Assembly (NCBI GenBank): GCA_963820065.1
Contig: CAWFYM010000003.1
Coordinates: forward strand, 963,615-1,027,614
Direction: 5' to 3'
Origin: an uncultured Actinomycetota bacterium
GTDB lineage: Bacteria; Actinomycetota; Actinomycetes; DATJPE01
Length of the DNA stretch: 64,000 nucleotides
Part shown: positions 18,879 to 27,968 of the stretch, piece by piece
How positions within the stretch are numbered: the first letter of the stretch is position 1
Layout: each line of letters opens with the position of its first letter
Notes under the pieces: model-generated
Told to the model about the DNA's origin: nothing
The model's input: only the letters and a program-made list of their open reading frames with translations
Databases searched by the model: none
Position numbers and translations under genes: made by a program

Positions 18879-20243
18879 ATGGCTGGTCGCGAGGTTGTTG
18901 ATGCTGTGGTGCTTGGCCTAGGGCCGGGCGGTGAGGACGTGGCCGGAAAGCTTGCCGAGGCGGGCTGGTCGGTGGTCGGCATCGACAAGGAGCTCGTCGG
19001 TGGCGAGTGTCCTTATTGGGGCTGCATCCCGAGCAAGATGATGATCCGGGCCGCGGATGCCCTGGCCGAGGCTCGGCGCATCGACGGTCTCGCGGGCTCC
19101 GCGACCGTGACACCCGACTGGGCGCCGGTCGCCAAGCGCATTCGCGACGAGGCCACAGATACGTGGAACGACCAGGTCGCCGTCGACCGACTGGTCGGCA
19201 AGGGCGCCACGGTGCTCAAGGGCGCCGGGCATATCGTCGCGCCACGCGTCGTCGAGGTGGACGGGGTCGAGTACGAAGCGACGCGAGCCTTGGTGGTGGC
19301 CACCGGGTCGTCGGCGGCCGTACCCCCGATCGACGGGCTGGCTGGGACCCCCTTCTGGACCAACCGGGGCGCGGTCGAGACCGAGGACGTCCCTGACTCG
19401 CTCATCGTCTTGGGCGGCGGCGCGATCGGGCTCGAGCTGGCTCAGGTGTTCTCCCGCTTCGGCGCGCGGGTCACCGTGATCGAGGCCGCCGACCGGCTGC
19501 TCGCGATGGAAGAACCTGAGGCGTCCGAGGTCGTCGCGACGACCTTTGCCGACGAGGGCATCACGGTGCTGGCCGGCGCGAAGGCCGAGAAGGTCAGCCA
19601 TGACGGATCCCGTTTTGCCGTGACGACCAGCACCGGGGAGGTGGTCGGGGATCGACTGCTGGTGGCCACGGGGCGGCGCGTCGACCTGGGCGCTCTCGGC
19701 GCCGGCGCCCTTGGCGTCGACGAGTCGCTGCGCGCCCTGCCGATCGACGAGCGCTGCCGGGTCGAGGGCGCCGAACGGGCGTGGGCGGTCGGTGACGTCA
19801 CAGGCAAGGGTGCGTTCACGCACACCGCGATGTACCAAGCCGCGATCGTCGTCGCCGACCTGCTCGGCAAGAACCACGCGCCCGCGAGCTATGCGGCAAT
19901 GCCCCGGGTGACCTTCACCGATCCTGAGGTCGGCGCCGTCGGGCTCACCGAGGCTGCAGCCCTCGACGCGGGGGTGCGGGTCGAGACCGCTGTCTACGAC
20001 CTCGGTACGTCGGCCCGCGGATGGATCGCCAAGGCGACCGGCATCGTCAAGCTCGTGGCGGACGCCGAGCGCGGGGTGCTCGTCGGCGGCACCGTCGTCG
20101 GACCGTCGGGCGGCGAGGTCATGTCGGCGCTGGCGGTCGCCGTAGCCGCTGAGGTGCCGCTCGCCACGCTGCGCTCGATGATCTGGGCCTACCCCACGTT
20201 CCAGCGCTCGATCGAGGGCGCGCTCGCCGAGCTCGACGCGTGA
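18879..20243 (+). CDS. FAD-dependent pyridine nucleotide-disulfide oxidoreductase (dihydrolipoyl dehydrogenase / mycothione reductase-like)
   Basis: 454 aa. GxGxxG (VLGLGPGG), redox-active disulfide GGECPYWGCIPSK, NAD-binding site, and a C-terminal dimerisation domain. Confidence 0.85.
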   Translation: MAGREVVDAVVLGLGPGGEDVAGKLAEAGWSVVGIDKELVGGECPYWGCIPSKMMIRAADALAEARRIDGLAGSATVTPDWAPVAKRIRDEATDTWNDQVAVDRLVGKGATVLKGAGHIVAPRVVEVDGVEYEATRALVVATGSSAAVPPIDGLAGTPFWTNRGAVETEDVPDSLIVLGGGAIGLELAQVFSRFGARVTVIEAADRLLAMEEPEASEVVATTFADEGITVLAGAKAEKVSHDGSRFAVTTSTGEVVGDRLLVATGRRVDLGALGAGALGVDESLRALPIDERCRVEGAERAWAVGDVTGKGAFTHTAMYQAAIVVADLLGKNHAPASYAAMPRVTFTDPEVGAVGLTEAAALDAGVRVETAVYDLGTSARGWIAKATGIVKLVADAERGVLVGGTVVGPSGGEVMSALAVAVAAEVPLATLRSMIWAYPTFQRSIEGALAELDA

Positions 20244-20253
20244 GGGTTCGGCT

Positions 20254-20403
20254 TTGAGCAGAGGTCCCGACGAGCCAGTGCTCCCCGACACCACCTCGGA
20301 CGAGTCAGACGTCGGCTGGGGGGATGAGGCCGCGGGCCGAGACTCCGACCCGGACGACCTCGACCGCTTCCTTCAGGACGTACCACCCCACCACGGCGAC
20401 TGA
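20254..20403 (+). CDS. candidate small acidic protein (about 41-49 aa)
   Basis: An ORF from TTG 20254 or GTG 20278 gives VLPDTTSDESDVGWGDEAAGRDSDPDDLDRFLQDVPPHHGD. It is followed by a hairpin terminator. Not in the ORF track because of the length threshold. Confidence 0.3.
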   Translation: MSRGPDEPVLPDTTSDESDVGWGDEAAGRDSDPDDLDRFLQDVPPHHGD

Positions 20404-20452
20404 TCCAACGTCTGATCTCCCGGCGTCGTCAGGGTCGAGTGGCGGCGAACGG

Positions 20453-20475
20453 GGCGATCAGGGGCGGCGACGCCC
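20453..20475 (+). terminator. GC hairpin GGGGCG-gcga-CGCCCC followed by GTTT
   Basis: Read from the sequence between the small ORF and the mscL 3' end. Confidence 0.4.
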
Positions 20476-20496
20476 CGTTTCCCGTCACTCGATGGC

Positions 20497-20889
20497 TCAG
20501 TCGCGCGCGTTGAGCTGGTCGCGAATCTGCTTCAGGACGTCGAGCTCGGACTCCGCCGCCTCGGTCGGCTCGTCGGCGTTCTTCGCCTGCAGCTCCTTCA
20601 TCTTGTTCATGGGGACGATCACGAGGAAGTAGATGGCCGCCGCGACCACGAGGAAGTAGAAGAGCGCGTTGAGCACGAGGCCGATGCTGAAGTCCGCCTT
20701 GTTGATGGTGAACGTGCCTACCTGGTTGAGATCGACCTCGCCGAAGATGGCCGCGATCAGCGGGGTGATCAGCCCGTCGACGACGGCCTTGATCACCGCC
20801 GCGAAGGCTGCGCCGATCACGACGGCCACCGCGAGGTCGACGACGTTGCCTCGGGAGATGAAGTCCCGGAATCCCTTGATCATGGTCAT
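20497..20889 (-). CDS. mscL: large-conductance mechanosensitive channel
   Basis: MIKGFRDFISRGNVVDLAVAVVIGAAF... is a canonical MscL N-terminus. 130 aa. Confidence 0.95.
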   Translation of the reverse strand: MTMIKGFRDFISRGNVVDLAVAVVIGAAFAAVIKAVVDGLITPLIAAIFGEVDLNQVGTFTINKADFSIGLVLNALFYFLVVAAAIYFLVIVPMNKMKELQAKNADEPTEAAESELDVLKQIRDQLNARD

Positions 20890-20982
20890 GGCTCCCAGAG
20901 GTGTAGGCGGCCCCGTGCGTCGACGAAACTAGCCAACCCGGTCGAGCACGGACAAACCGGCGCCGGGCCGGCCGGCCGGCAT

Positions 20983-21666
20983 TCAGCCCACGAGCAGCAC
21001 GGAGATCGGACCGAGCACGCTGGCCTCCGCCACGGCTAGGGCCTCGGTGCGGGAGAGGGCCAGGACGACGAGGGCTCCGCCGCTGGTGGACCCGATCAGC
21101 GCGTTCGGCTGGGTGTCGGGAGCCACGGTGATCACGAGAGCGGCGGCGGCCACGACCCGAGCACCGGGCGGAGCCGTACCCCCGGAGATCGGGTCGGCGG
21201 TGCCGGCCTGGGCCGCAACGACGTCGACCCGGTCGCCGGGACGGAGGAGTCGGGCGGTCGCCGCGTCGGCCAGGCGTACGGGCGCCGCCACCCGACCGGC
21301 CCCCGCGATCGCAGCGGTCAGGGCGGGGCCGACCAGGCGGAGTCCGGTCAAGGCCTCGCCTTCTCCGACCGCGCCAGCCAGGACCCGGCCGGAGGTTTCA
21401 GCGATCGAGCGGATCGCGTCCGCGGGGACCAGCGCTGTCGGCCAGGCCGCGAGGCGCACGTCGCCCTCGTTGAGGGTGGCTCCGGGGGCCAGGGCATGCG
21501 CGGCGACCACGACCGGATCGGTGGCTGGAGCGGCCGGGGCTAGCGCATCCAAGGCGAACGCCACCGACGCGGTCAGGAGGAGGACCGCCACCCAGCGCCG
21601 CCGGGCACGAAGCGCGCGCGCCCACCTCCGCCGGCGTTGGATCGCTTCGCTCGGGACCGGGGTCAC
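20983..21666 (-). CDS. Flp-pilus assembly CpaB/RcpC-like protein (SAF domain), orphan
   Basis: GTG start 8 nt after the mtnP stop. N-terminal TM segment (WVAVLLLTASVAF), SAF-like block (VVVAAHALAPGATLNEGDV), and a C-terminal RcpC-like block (PGDRVDVVAA...ALVVLALSRTEA). No other tad genes nearby. Confidence 0.6.
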   Translation of the reverse strand: MTPVPSEAIQRRRRWARALRARRRWVAVLLLTASVAFALDALAPAAPATDPVVVAAHALAPGATLNEGDVRLAAWPTALVPADAIRSIAETSGRVLAGAVGEGEALTGLRLVGPALTAAIAGAGRVAAPVRLADAATARLLRPGDRVDVVAAQAGTADPISGGTAPPGARVVAAAALVITVAPDTQPNALIGSTSGGALVVLALSRTEALAVAEASVLGPISVLLVG

Positions 21667-21673
21667 GCCCGCC

Positions 21674-22552
21674 TCACGGGAGGGCGAACGGCAGCGCGAG
21701 GTCGTCGACGGCGGTGCGGCACGGACAGGCTCGGTCGGCGGAGGCGGGCAGCCGCGGGATCGTGTCGAGCAGGACGTCGCGCAGCCGGGCGATGGTCGCC
21801 GCGAAGACTTCGAGCACCTCGGCGTGGGTGACGCCGTGACCTTCCTCGACGCCCGCATCGAGGTCGGTGACGACGGCGATGGACGTGTAGCAGAGGGCGA
21901 GCTCGCGGGCCAGCGTCGCCTCGGGGTGACCGGTCATGCCGACGACCGACCAGCCGTTCGCGCTGAACCACTGTGATTCGGCGCGGGTGGAGAACCGTGG
22001 GCCTTCGATGACCACGAGCGTTCCCCCGTCGGTCGGCGACCACGCGGCGTCCCGGCCACTGGCCAGCACCGCGGTGCGACCGGTGGGGCAATAGGGGTCG
22101 GCGAGTGAGACGTGCACGGCGCCCTCGTCGTAGAACGTCTGCACCCGGCTCGACGTACGGTCGACGAACTGGTCGGGGACGACGAGTGTGCCGGGGCCGA
22201 GGTGGGCGCGCAGGCCGCCGACGGCGCAGGGGCCGAGGACCTGGCGCACGCCGAGGGAGCGCAGCGCCCAGAGGTTGGCGCGGTAGGGGACGCGGTGGGG
22301 TGGAAAGCGGTGGTCGCGGCCGTGTCGGGGAATGAACGCCACGCGCCGCCCCCCGACGTCGCCGAGCACGATCGGGTCGGACGGGGGACCGTACGGGGTC
22401 TCGACGACGACCTCCTCGGTGTCCTCGAGGAACGCGTAGAAGCCGGAACCGCCGATGACGCCGATCTCGGCGGTCGCGGCGGTGGTGGGGCTGCCCTCGG
22501 GGGCGGCCGAGGGGTGAGCTGAGGGAGCGAGCCCTGCCGCGTCGCTGGTCAT
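21674..22552 (-). CDS. mtnP: S-methyl-5'-thioadenosine phosphorylase
   Basis: IGVIGGSGFY phosphate-binding motif and a PNP/MTAP fold (FIPRHGRDH, VGMTGHPEATLARE). The start was chosen at the internal ATG. The longer ORF extension overlaps the palindromic element. Confidence 0.9.
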   Translation of the reverse strand: MTSDAAGLAPSAHPSAAPEGSPTTAATAEIGVIGGSGFYAFLEDTEEVVVETPYGPPSDPIVLGDVGGRRVAFIPRHGRDHRFPPHRVPYRANLWALRSLGVRQVLGPCAVGGLRAHLGPGTLVVPDQFVDRTSSRVQTFYDEGAVHVSLADPYCPTGRTAVLASGRDAAWSPTDGGTLVVIEGPRFSTRAESQWFSANGWSVVGMTGHPEATLARELALCYTSIAVVTDLDAGVEEGHGVTHAEVLEVFAATIARLRDVLLDTIPRLPASADRACPCRTAVDDLALPFALP

Positions 22553-22609
22553 GCCGTCGAGGCTAGTGGCGCCGGACGTGGTCAAGCGCGTCGTCCACAG
22601 GCCGATCAC

Positions 22610-22715
22610 CGGCCCCGACCCGGCAACCCCCCTCTCGTGATCATGCGCAGATGGCCCCTCGGTCGGTGGCCGGCAGGGGCCATCTGCGCATGATCACGTG
22701 GGTCTTGGCGGGGTG
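22610..22715. repeat. palindromic repeat element, copy B (between the fmdB stop and the mtnP start)
   Basis: Same inverted arms as copy A (TCGTGATCATGCGCAGATGGCCCCTCG / AGGGGCCATCTGCGCATGATCACG) with a different loop. The outer G/C-rich arms are also similar. Confidence 0.65.
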
Positions 22716-22759
22716 GGCCGGGGAGGGGCGGCGTTCTGAGTGGCCGGAGGGGCCGTGGC

Positions 22760-23182
22760 TCAGGCGGCGGAGGAGCCGCTGGAGCCCGAGGAGCCGCTGG
22801 ACCCCGACGAGCTGCCCGAGGACGCGGTCTTCGCGGGCGCGGCGGCCGGCTTCGAGTCGGAGCTCTTCGTGTCACTCGACGTGCTGGCCTTGTCGGAGGA
22901 GGAGTCCTTGCTCGCCGTCGTACTGGCCGCTGGCTCCTTGCTCTCCTTCGAGTCCTTCTTCGCGCCGTCGCCGCTGCCTTCGCCCGCCCCGTTGCTCGAC
23001 GAACCGGCGCGCGAGTCGTTGCGGTAGAAGCCGGAGCCCTTGAAGACCACGCCGACCGCGGAGAACACCTTGCGCAGCCGGCCCTCGCACGTGGGGCAGA
23101 CCGTCAGCGCGTCGTCGGTGAAGGACTGGACGACCTCGAGCGGGGCGTCACAGTCGGTGCAGACGTACTGATAGGTCGGCAC
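22760..23182 (-). CDS. FmdB-family zinc-ribbon putative regulatory protein with a Ser-rich tail
   Basis: MPTYQYVCTDCDAPLEV...CPTCEG zinc ribbon, followed by a low-complexity tail with GSS repeats. Confidence 0.85.
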   Translation of the reverse strand: MPTYQYVCTDCDAPLEVVQSFTDDALTVCPTCEGRLRKVFSAVGVVFKGSGFYRNDSRAGSSSNGAGEGSGDGAKKDSKESKEPAASTTASKDSSSDKASTSSDTKSSDSKPAAAPAKTASSGSSSGSSGSSGSSGSSAA

Positions 23183-23354
23183 GGCGAGTCCTCCGGATGG
23201 CGCTGGGCGTACGGCGGCATCGTTGGCACTCGCCGCTCTCGAGTGCTAAGGCTACCGGATCAGACCGTAAGGTCTCTGTGGATTCGCCTTTGGACTGGGG
23301 AACTTTGCAGTTGCCCTGGCGACAGTGAACTTCCCCATTGCGGGAGGGCCAGGT

Positions 23355-24011
23355 TCAGGAGAGCTGGGCGGGGTGGCCCCAGGCGCCGGCGAAGACGAGC
23401 TCGTCCAGGCCGAGGCGGGTGCGCGGCGTCAGCTCGCGCTCGCGGTAGGGCTCGGGCAGCGTCGAGGCGTCGCCGTAGTGGCCGATGGCGAGCACGACGT
23501 ACGGCGTCACCGACGCGGGGAGCCCGAACGCCTGCTCGACCGCCTCGCGGGAGAACCCTCCCATCTGGTGGACGTGCAGTCCGTCGGCGTGCGCCTGAAC
23601 GGTGAGCTGGGAGACCGCGAGGCCGAGCTCGTAGGGCGCGCTCGGCCGTGGGGCGCCCTCGCCGTCGGTCGTCTGGGCGACGGCGAGCACGAGCAGCGGC
23701 GCGCGCTCGGCCCAGGGCTGGTTGCCGGGCATGAGCGCGTCGTGCAGGGCGGTCCAGGTGGAGTCGCCCCGGTGGCCGGCCACGAATCGCCACGGCTGGC
23801 CGTTCATCGCACTGGCCGCCCATCGGGCCGCCTCGAAGAGTGCACGCGTCTGGTCGGCGGACACCGGCTCGTCGGACCAGGCCCGTGGACTCCATCGCTC
23901 GGCCAGCAGCGGGTGCAGCGGCACCGACGTCTGGGCTGAGCGCGAGGCGACGGCCACGGAGCCGTACCCCTCGTCGTCGCTGGTGACGGGCCGGTCGAGG
24001 GTGACGGTCAC
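23355..24011 (-). CDS. nitroreductase-family protein
   Basis: 218 aa. SAMNGQPWRF motif typical of NADH/NADPH nitroreductase folds. Confidence 0.8.
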   Translation of the reverse strand: MTVTLDRPVTSDDEGYGSVAVASRSAQTSVPLHPLLAERWSPRAWSDEPVSADQTRALFEAARWAASAMNGQPWRFVAGHRGDSTWTALHDALMPGNQPWAERAPLLVLAVAQTTDGEGAPRPSAPYELGLAVSQLTVQAHADGLHVHQMGGFSREAVEQAFGLPASVTPYVVLAIGHYGDASTLPEPYRERELTPRTRLGLDELVFAGAWGHPAQLS

Positions 24012-24189
24012 GATGCGCTCCTAGATAATTGATGGTTCAACTATCTGTGGAACTGCGGGAGGCGGGAATCTGTTCCCGCCCGCGCCGTGAAGCCCGTTGA
24101 TCGTGAGAGATGGTGCCGACACGCCGTGGAGAGCGTGCCTCTCTCACGATCAACAGGGCAGCCGTGGCCGAGATCTCTACGCTGCGGCG

Positions 24190-24615
24190 GTGACCTCACC
24201 CCGGCTGACCACCCTGGTCGGAGCCTGCGCGGTGGGTGGTGCGCTGGGCGCGCTGGCGCGGTACGGCGCCGAAGAGGCCTGGCCGTCGTCGTCGGCCACC
24301 GGGTCTCCGTGGCCCTGGCCGACGTTCCTGGTCAACATCCTCGGCTGCCTGCTGCTCGGTCTGCTGCTCGGCTCCCCGGCCGGTCAGGACCCGTTGCGCC
24401 GGGCCTTCCTGGGCGCCGGAGTCCTCGGTGGATTCACGACGTTCTCCACCTACGCGGTCCAGATCGACACCCTCACGAGCGACGGCCACGGTCCGACCGC
24501 CACCTCGTACGCGGTCGTTTCGGTGGTGCTGTGCCTGCTCGCGGCGCACGCCGGGCGGCGGATCGCCGAGCGCGGCGACGATCTCACGCCGGTCGAAGAG
24601 CAGGGCGACGCATGA
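24190..24615 (+). CDS. crcB: fluoride ion channel CrcB/FluC, subunit 1
   Basis: GTG start. GGFTTFSTY signature and a TM profile. The ATGA overlap with the next gene splits the long ORF-track frame into two crcB homologues. Confidence 0.85.
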   Translation: MTSPRLTTLVGACAVGGALGALARYGAEEAWPSSSATGSPWPWPTFLVNILGCLLLGLLLGSPAGQDPLRRAFLGAGVLGGFTTFSTYAVQIDTLTSDGHGPTATSYAVVSVVLCLLAAHAGRRIAERGDDLTPVEEQGDA

Positions 24616-24998
24616 GTGCGATCCTTGCCGTGGCCGCCGGCGCCGCTGTCGGTGCGGCGTTGCGCTACCTCCTGGCCCACGCCCTGGCCCACGGTCGCAG
24701 GCCCACCGGTTGGCTGCCGGTCGCGACCCTGATCGCCAACACGATCGGTTGCTTCGCGCTTGGCTGGGCCGTGGACGCGCTCAGCGGTACGGCGCTGCTC
24801 CTGGTCGGCACCGGCTTCTGCGGCGGTCTGACCACCTGGTCGACCCTGGCCACCGAGACCGATCGGCTGGTGGCCACCGGGGAACGCCGGCGGTCGGCGA
24901 CCTACCTCGTGCTCACGCTGGTGCTCGGCGGCGCCGCCGTCATCGCGGGCAGCCAGCTCGCCCAGGCCTGGGGCTGCTGCGTTGGCAGCCCGGCCTGA
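24612..24998 (+). CDS. crcB: fluoride ion channel CrcB/FluC, subunit 2
   Basis: MSAILAVAAGAAVGAALRY... and a GGLTTWSTL signature. Its ATG overlaps the stop of subunit 1. Confidence 0.85.
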   Translation: MSAILAVAAGAAVGAALRYLLAHALAHGRRPTGWLPVATLIANTIGCFALGWAVDALSGTALLLVGTGFCGGLTTWSTLATETDRLVATGERRRSATYLVLTLVLGGAAVIAGSQLAQAWGCCVGSPA

Positions 24999-25047
24999 CC
25001 CGGTCGGACGCGGCCTGACCTCCGCATCAGCCGACGGTCAGCGACCC

Positions 25048-25641
25048 TCAGTGCGCGGTCTGCTCCGCCGGCGCATCGGCCGGAGCGATCCAGCCGGTCA
25101 CCCGTTGGTCGTGCAGGTCAGCGGGGACGCCGCCCGTCTCGAGCACTTCGCCGTCGTAGACGAGGACCAGGACGGGCACGCCTGGCCGCACCCTGGTGAG
25201 TGCGCGGTCGTAGGAGCCCCCGCCTTGCCCGAGACGTACGCCATCGCGGTCGACAGCCAGCCCGGGCACGATGACGAAGTCCGCCTCGGCGATGGCGTCG
25301 ACACCCAGTCGCGGACCCCTCGGCGCGGCAGGCCCGCGCAGGGGGTGCGAGAGGTCGGCGTCCCCCGTGTCCGCGGCCCAGTCCAGGTCGTCATCGTCGA
25401 GGAGCACGGGCAGGATCACCCGGACGCCGGCCGCGCGGAGCGCGACCCGGATGGCCGAGGTGCCAGGTTCCTTGCCGAAGGAGACGTACAACGCCACCGT
25501 CCGTGCCGTGGCCAGCTCGTCACGGGCGAGCACCGCGCGGGTGATCGCGGCCGCAGCCGAGCGGACGTCGGCGGGGTCCATCACCCGCCTCCGGCCGCGC
25601 AGAACCGTGCGCAGCGACGCCTTGGCTTCGTCGACCTCCAT
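25048..25641 (-). CDS. 5-formyltetrahydrofolate cyclo-ligase (MTHFS)
   Basis: Internal ATG start, about 198 aa. Motifs ALYVSFGKEPGT, VDRDGVRLGQGGGSYDR. Conserved position upstream of galU, as in mycobacteria. Confidence 0.75.
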   Translation of the reverse strand: MEVDEAKASLRTVLRGRRRVMDPADVRSAAAAITRAVLARDELATARTVALYVSFGKEPGTSAIRVALRAAGVRVILPVLLDDDDLDWAADTGDADLSHPLRGPAAPRGPRLGVDAIAEADFVIVPGLAVDRDGVRLGQGGGSYDRALTRVRPGVPVLVLVYDGEVLETGGVPADLHDQRVTGWIAPADAPAEQTAH

Positions 25642-25744
25642 GTGCTCATAGTGCCCCCGAACCACGGGTCCGCACTCGGCCGAACGGGGCACGTCGCGGC
25701 CGGGGTCGAAGAAGCCCTCGAAGCCGCCGGTTAGGCTCCCCCGC

Positions 25745-26683
25745 ATGGCCTCTTCAGGTGGACGATCTGACGTCCCGCACCGCCGCGGACGCGTCACCAA
25801 GGCGGTCATTCCCGCGGCCGGCCTCGGCACCAGGTTCTTGCCTGCCACCAAGGCGACGCCGAAGGAGATGCTCCCGGTCGTCGACAAGCCCGCGATCCAG
25901 TACGTCGTCGAGGAGGCCGCTGCTGCGGGCCTCAACGATGTCTTGATGGTCACCGGTCGCAGCAAGCGCGCGCTGGAGGACCACTTCGACCGAGCCCACG
26001 AGCTGGAGCACGCGCTGGCCGCCAAGGGCGATGTGACCCGGCTGGCCCAGGTGCAGGCGAGCAGCGAGCTCGCGACCGTCCACTACGTCCGGCAAGGCGA
26101 TGCGTTGGGTCTCGGCCACGCCATCGGGTGCGCTGAGCAGCATGTCGGTGACGAGCCGTTCGCCGTCCTGCTCGGCGACGACCTGATCGATCCCCGCGAC
26201 CCGTTGCTTCCCCGCATGATCGAGACGCGCGACGTTCACGGGGGATCGGTAGTCGCGCTCATGGAGGTCCCGCGCGAGCAGATCCATCTGTACGGCTGCG
26301 CCGCCGTGGAGCCGACCGACACCGACGACGTCGTCCGCATCACCGACCTGGTCGAGAAGCCGAGCGCCGAGGAGGCTCCGAGCGCCTACGCCGTCATCGG
26401 CCGCTACGTGCTCGATCCGTCGGTGTTCGACACGCTGCGCACGACCAAGCCCGGCAAGGGTGGAGAGATCCAGATCACCGATGCGCTGCGCGTGCTGGCC
26501 GCCGCGCCGGAGCAGCCTGGTGGCGGTGTCCACGGCGTCGTCTTCCGCGGCCGCCGCTACGACACGGGAGACAGGCTCGACTACCTCAAGGCCGTCGTGC
26601 GTCTGGCATGCGACCGTGACGACCTCGGCCCGGAACTCGTGGCCTGGCTGCGCGACTTTGTTCGCGAGGAAGGCATTCGATGA
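25745..26683 (+). CDS. galU: UTP-glucose-1-phosphate uridylyltransferase
   Basis: AVIPAAGLGTRFLPATKATPKEMLPVVDKP nucleotidyltransferase motif. Confidence 0.9.
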   Translation: MASSGGRSDVPHRRGRVTKAVIPAAGLGTRFLPATKATPKEMLPVVDKPAIQYVVEEAAAAGLNDVLMVTGRSKRALEDHFDRAHELEHALAAKGDVTRLAQVQASSELATVHYVRQGDALGLGHAIGCAEQHVGDEPFAVLLGDDLIDPRDPLLPRMIETRDVHGGSVVALMEVPREQIHLYGCAAVEPTDTDDVVRITDLVEKPSAEEAPSAYAVIGRYVLDPSVFDTLRTTKPGKGGEIQITDALRVLAAAPEQPGGGVHGVVFRGRRYDTGDRLDYLKAVVRLACDRDDLGPELVAWLRDFVREEGIR

Positions 26684-26744
26684 TCGTTCTGTCGGTGGGT
26701 CCGGCCCAGAGCCGTACCGTTGCCGATCGCCTGGGGGAGAAGCC

Positions 26745-27968
26745 GTGAAGAGTGTCGACGCCCATCTGGAGTCGTGCCTGCAAGGCATCGAAGTCCTCGC
26801 CCCCATCGATCTTCAGCTGCTCGACGCGCAAGGCTGTGTGCTCGCCGAAGACGTGGTGGCGCGCACCAACCTGCCGGTCTTCGACAACTCGGCGATGGAC
26901 GGCTATGCCGTACGGGCGGCCGACGTCGCAACGGCGTCACCGTCGACCCCGGTGGTGCTTCCCGTCGTCGGCGACGTCCCTGCCGGGACGCCTGCGGCTC
27001 ACGGCCTGGCTCCGGGTACCGCGTTCAGGATCATGACCGGTGCGCCCATGCCGAGCGGTGCTGACGCGGTCGTTCAGGTCGAGCTCACCGACGGCGGCGT
27101 CGCCAGCGTTCGGATCAACGGCTCGGTCCCCGCGGGCCGGCACGTTCGGCGAGGTGGCGACGACCTCCACGAGGGTGACGTCGTGCTGCCCACGGGCACC
27201 CGCCTCGGTCCACGTCAGATCGGGCTGCTCGCGGCCATCGGGCGCGACCGCGTGCTGGCCCGGCCCAAGCCCCGCGTGGTGGTCCTGTCGACGGGCAGCG
27301 AGCTCGTCGAGCCCGGTCAGAACGCCGGCAGCGGACAGATCTGGGACTCCAACTCCTTCCTCATCACCACCGCAGCTCGGGAGGCCGGCGCCACGGCCTT
27401 CCGGATCGGGATCGTTCCGGACGAGCCCAAGAAGCTCATCGACGCGATCGAGGACCAGCTGATCAGGGCCGACCTGATGGTGACGACGGGTGGGGTCAGC
27501 GTCGGCGCCTACGACGTGGTCAAGGAAGTCATGTCGCGACTGGGCACCGTCGAGTTCGACCGGATCTCGATGCAGCCCGGTATGCCCCAAGGGCACGGCG
27601 TGATCGGCCCCGATCGCACACCGCTGTACACCCTCCCCGGCAACCCGGTCAGCGCCTACGTCTCCTTCGAGGTGTTCGTGCGCCCGGTCATCCGCCGGCT
27701 GCTGGGAGCGAAGACCATCTTCCGCCCGGAGGTCCGAGCTGCGGCGTTGGCCGGCTTCTCCTCTCCGGCTGGGAAGCGGCAGTACGCCCGGGGGGTGCTC
27801 GGCGTCGAGGAGGGCCGATACGTCGTCCAGCCGCTGGAGGGGCAGGGCAGTCACCGCGTGCGAGACCTGGCCTACTCCAACTGCTTCATCGTGGTGCCGG
27901 AGGACGTCACCGAGGTGCCCAGCGGAGGCACCGTGAAGGTGATGGTGCTGGAGCGTCGGCTCACGTGA
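26745..27968 (+). CDS. moeA: molybdopterin molybdotransferase MoeA
   Basis: GTG start after GGGGGAGA. MoeA N and C domains (NSAMDGYAV, a GGVSVG-type Mo-binding loop). The longer ORF extension overlaps galU and was rejected. Confidence 0.9.
   Translation: MKSVDAHLESCLQGIEVLAPIDLQLLDAQGCVLAEDVVARTNLPVFDNSAMDGYAVRAADVATASPSTPVVLPVVGDVPAGTPAAHGLAPGTAFRIMTGAPMPSGADAVVQVELTDGGVASVRINGSVPAGRHVRRGGDDLHEGDVVLPTGTRLGPRQIGLLAAIGRDRVLARPKPRVVVLSTGSELVEPGQNAGSGQIWDSNSFLITTAAREAGATAFRIGIVPDEPKKLIDAIEDQLIRADLMVTTGGVSVGAYDVVKEVMSRLGTVEFDRISMQPGMPQGHGVIGPDRTPLYTLPGNPVSAYVSFEVFVRPVIRRLLGAKTIFRPEVRAAALAGFSSPAGKRQYARGVLGVEEGRYVVQPLEGQGSHRVRDLAYSNCFIVVPEDVTEVPSGGTVKVMVLERRLT

Noticed and set aside
24087-24998. 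A single 303-aa ORF spanning both crcB genes
   Set aside because: The frame runs through an ATGA junction. The N-terminal part is an alternative-frame artefact. Two canonical CrcB/FluC subunits of about 130-140 aa each, read in their proper frames, explain the sequence better.
26460-26744. A 95-aa N-terminal extension of moeA overlapping galU
   Set aside because: The extension overlaps the galU coding region in another frame and is Arg/Ser-rich. A GTG at 26745 with a GGGGGAGA RBS gives a normal MoeA N-terminus.
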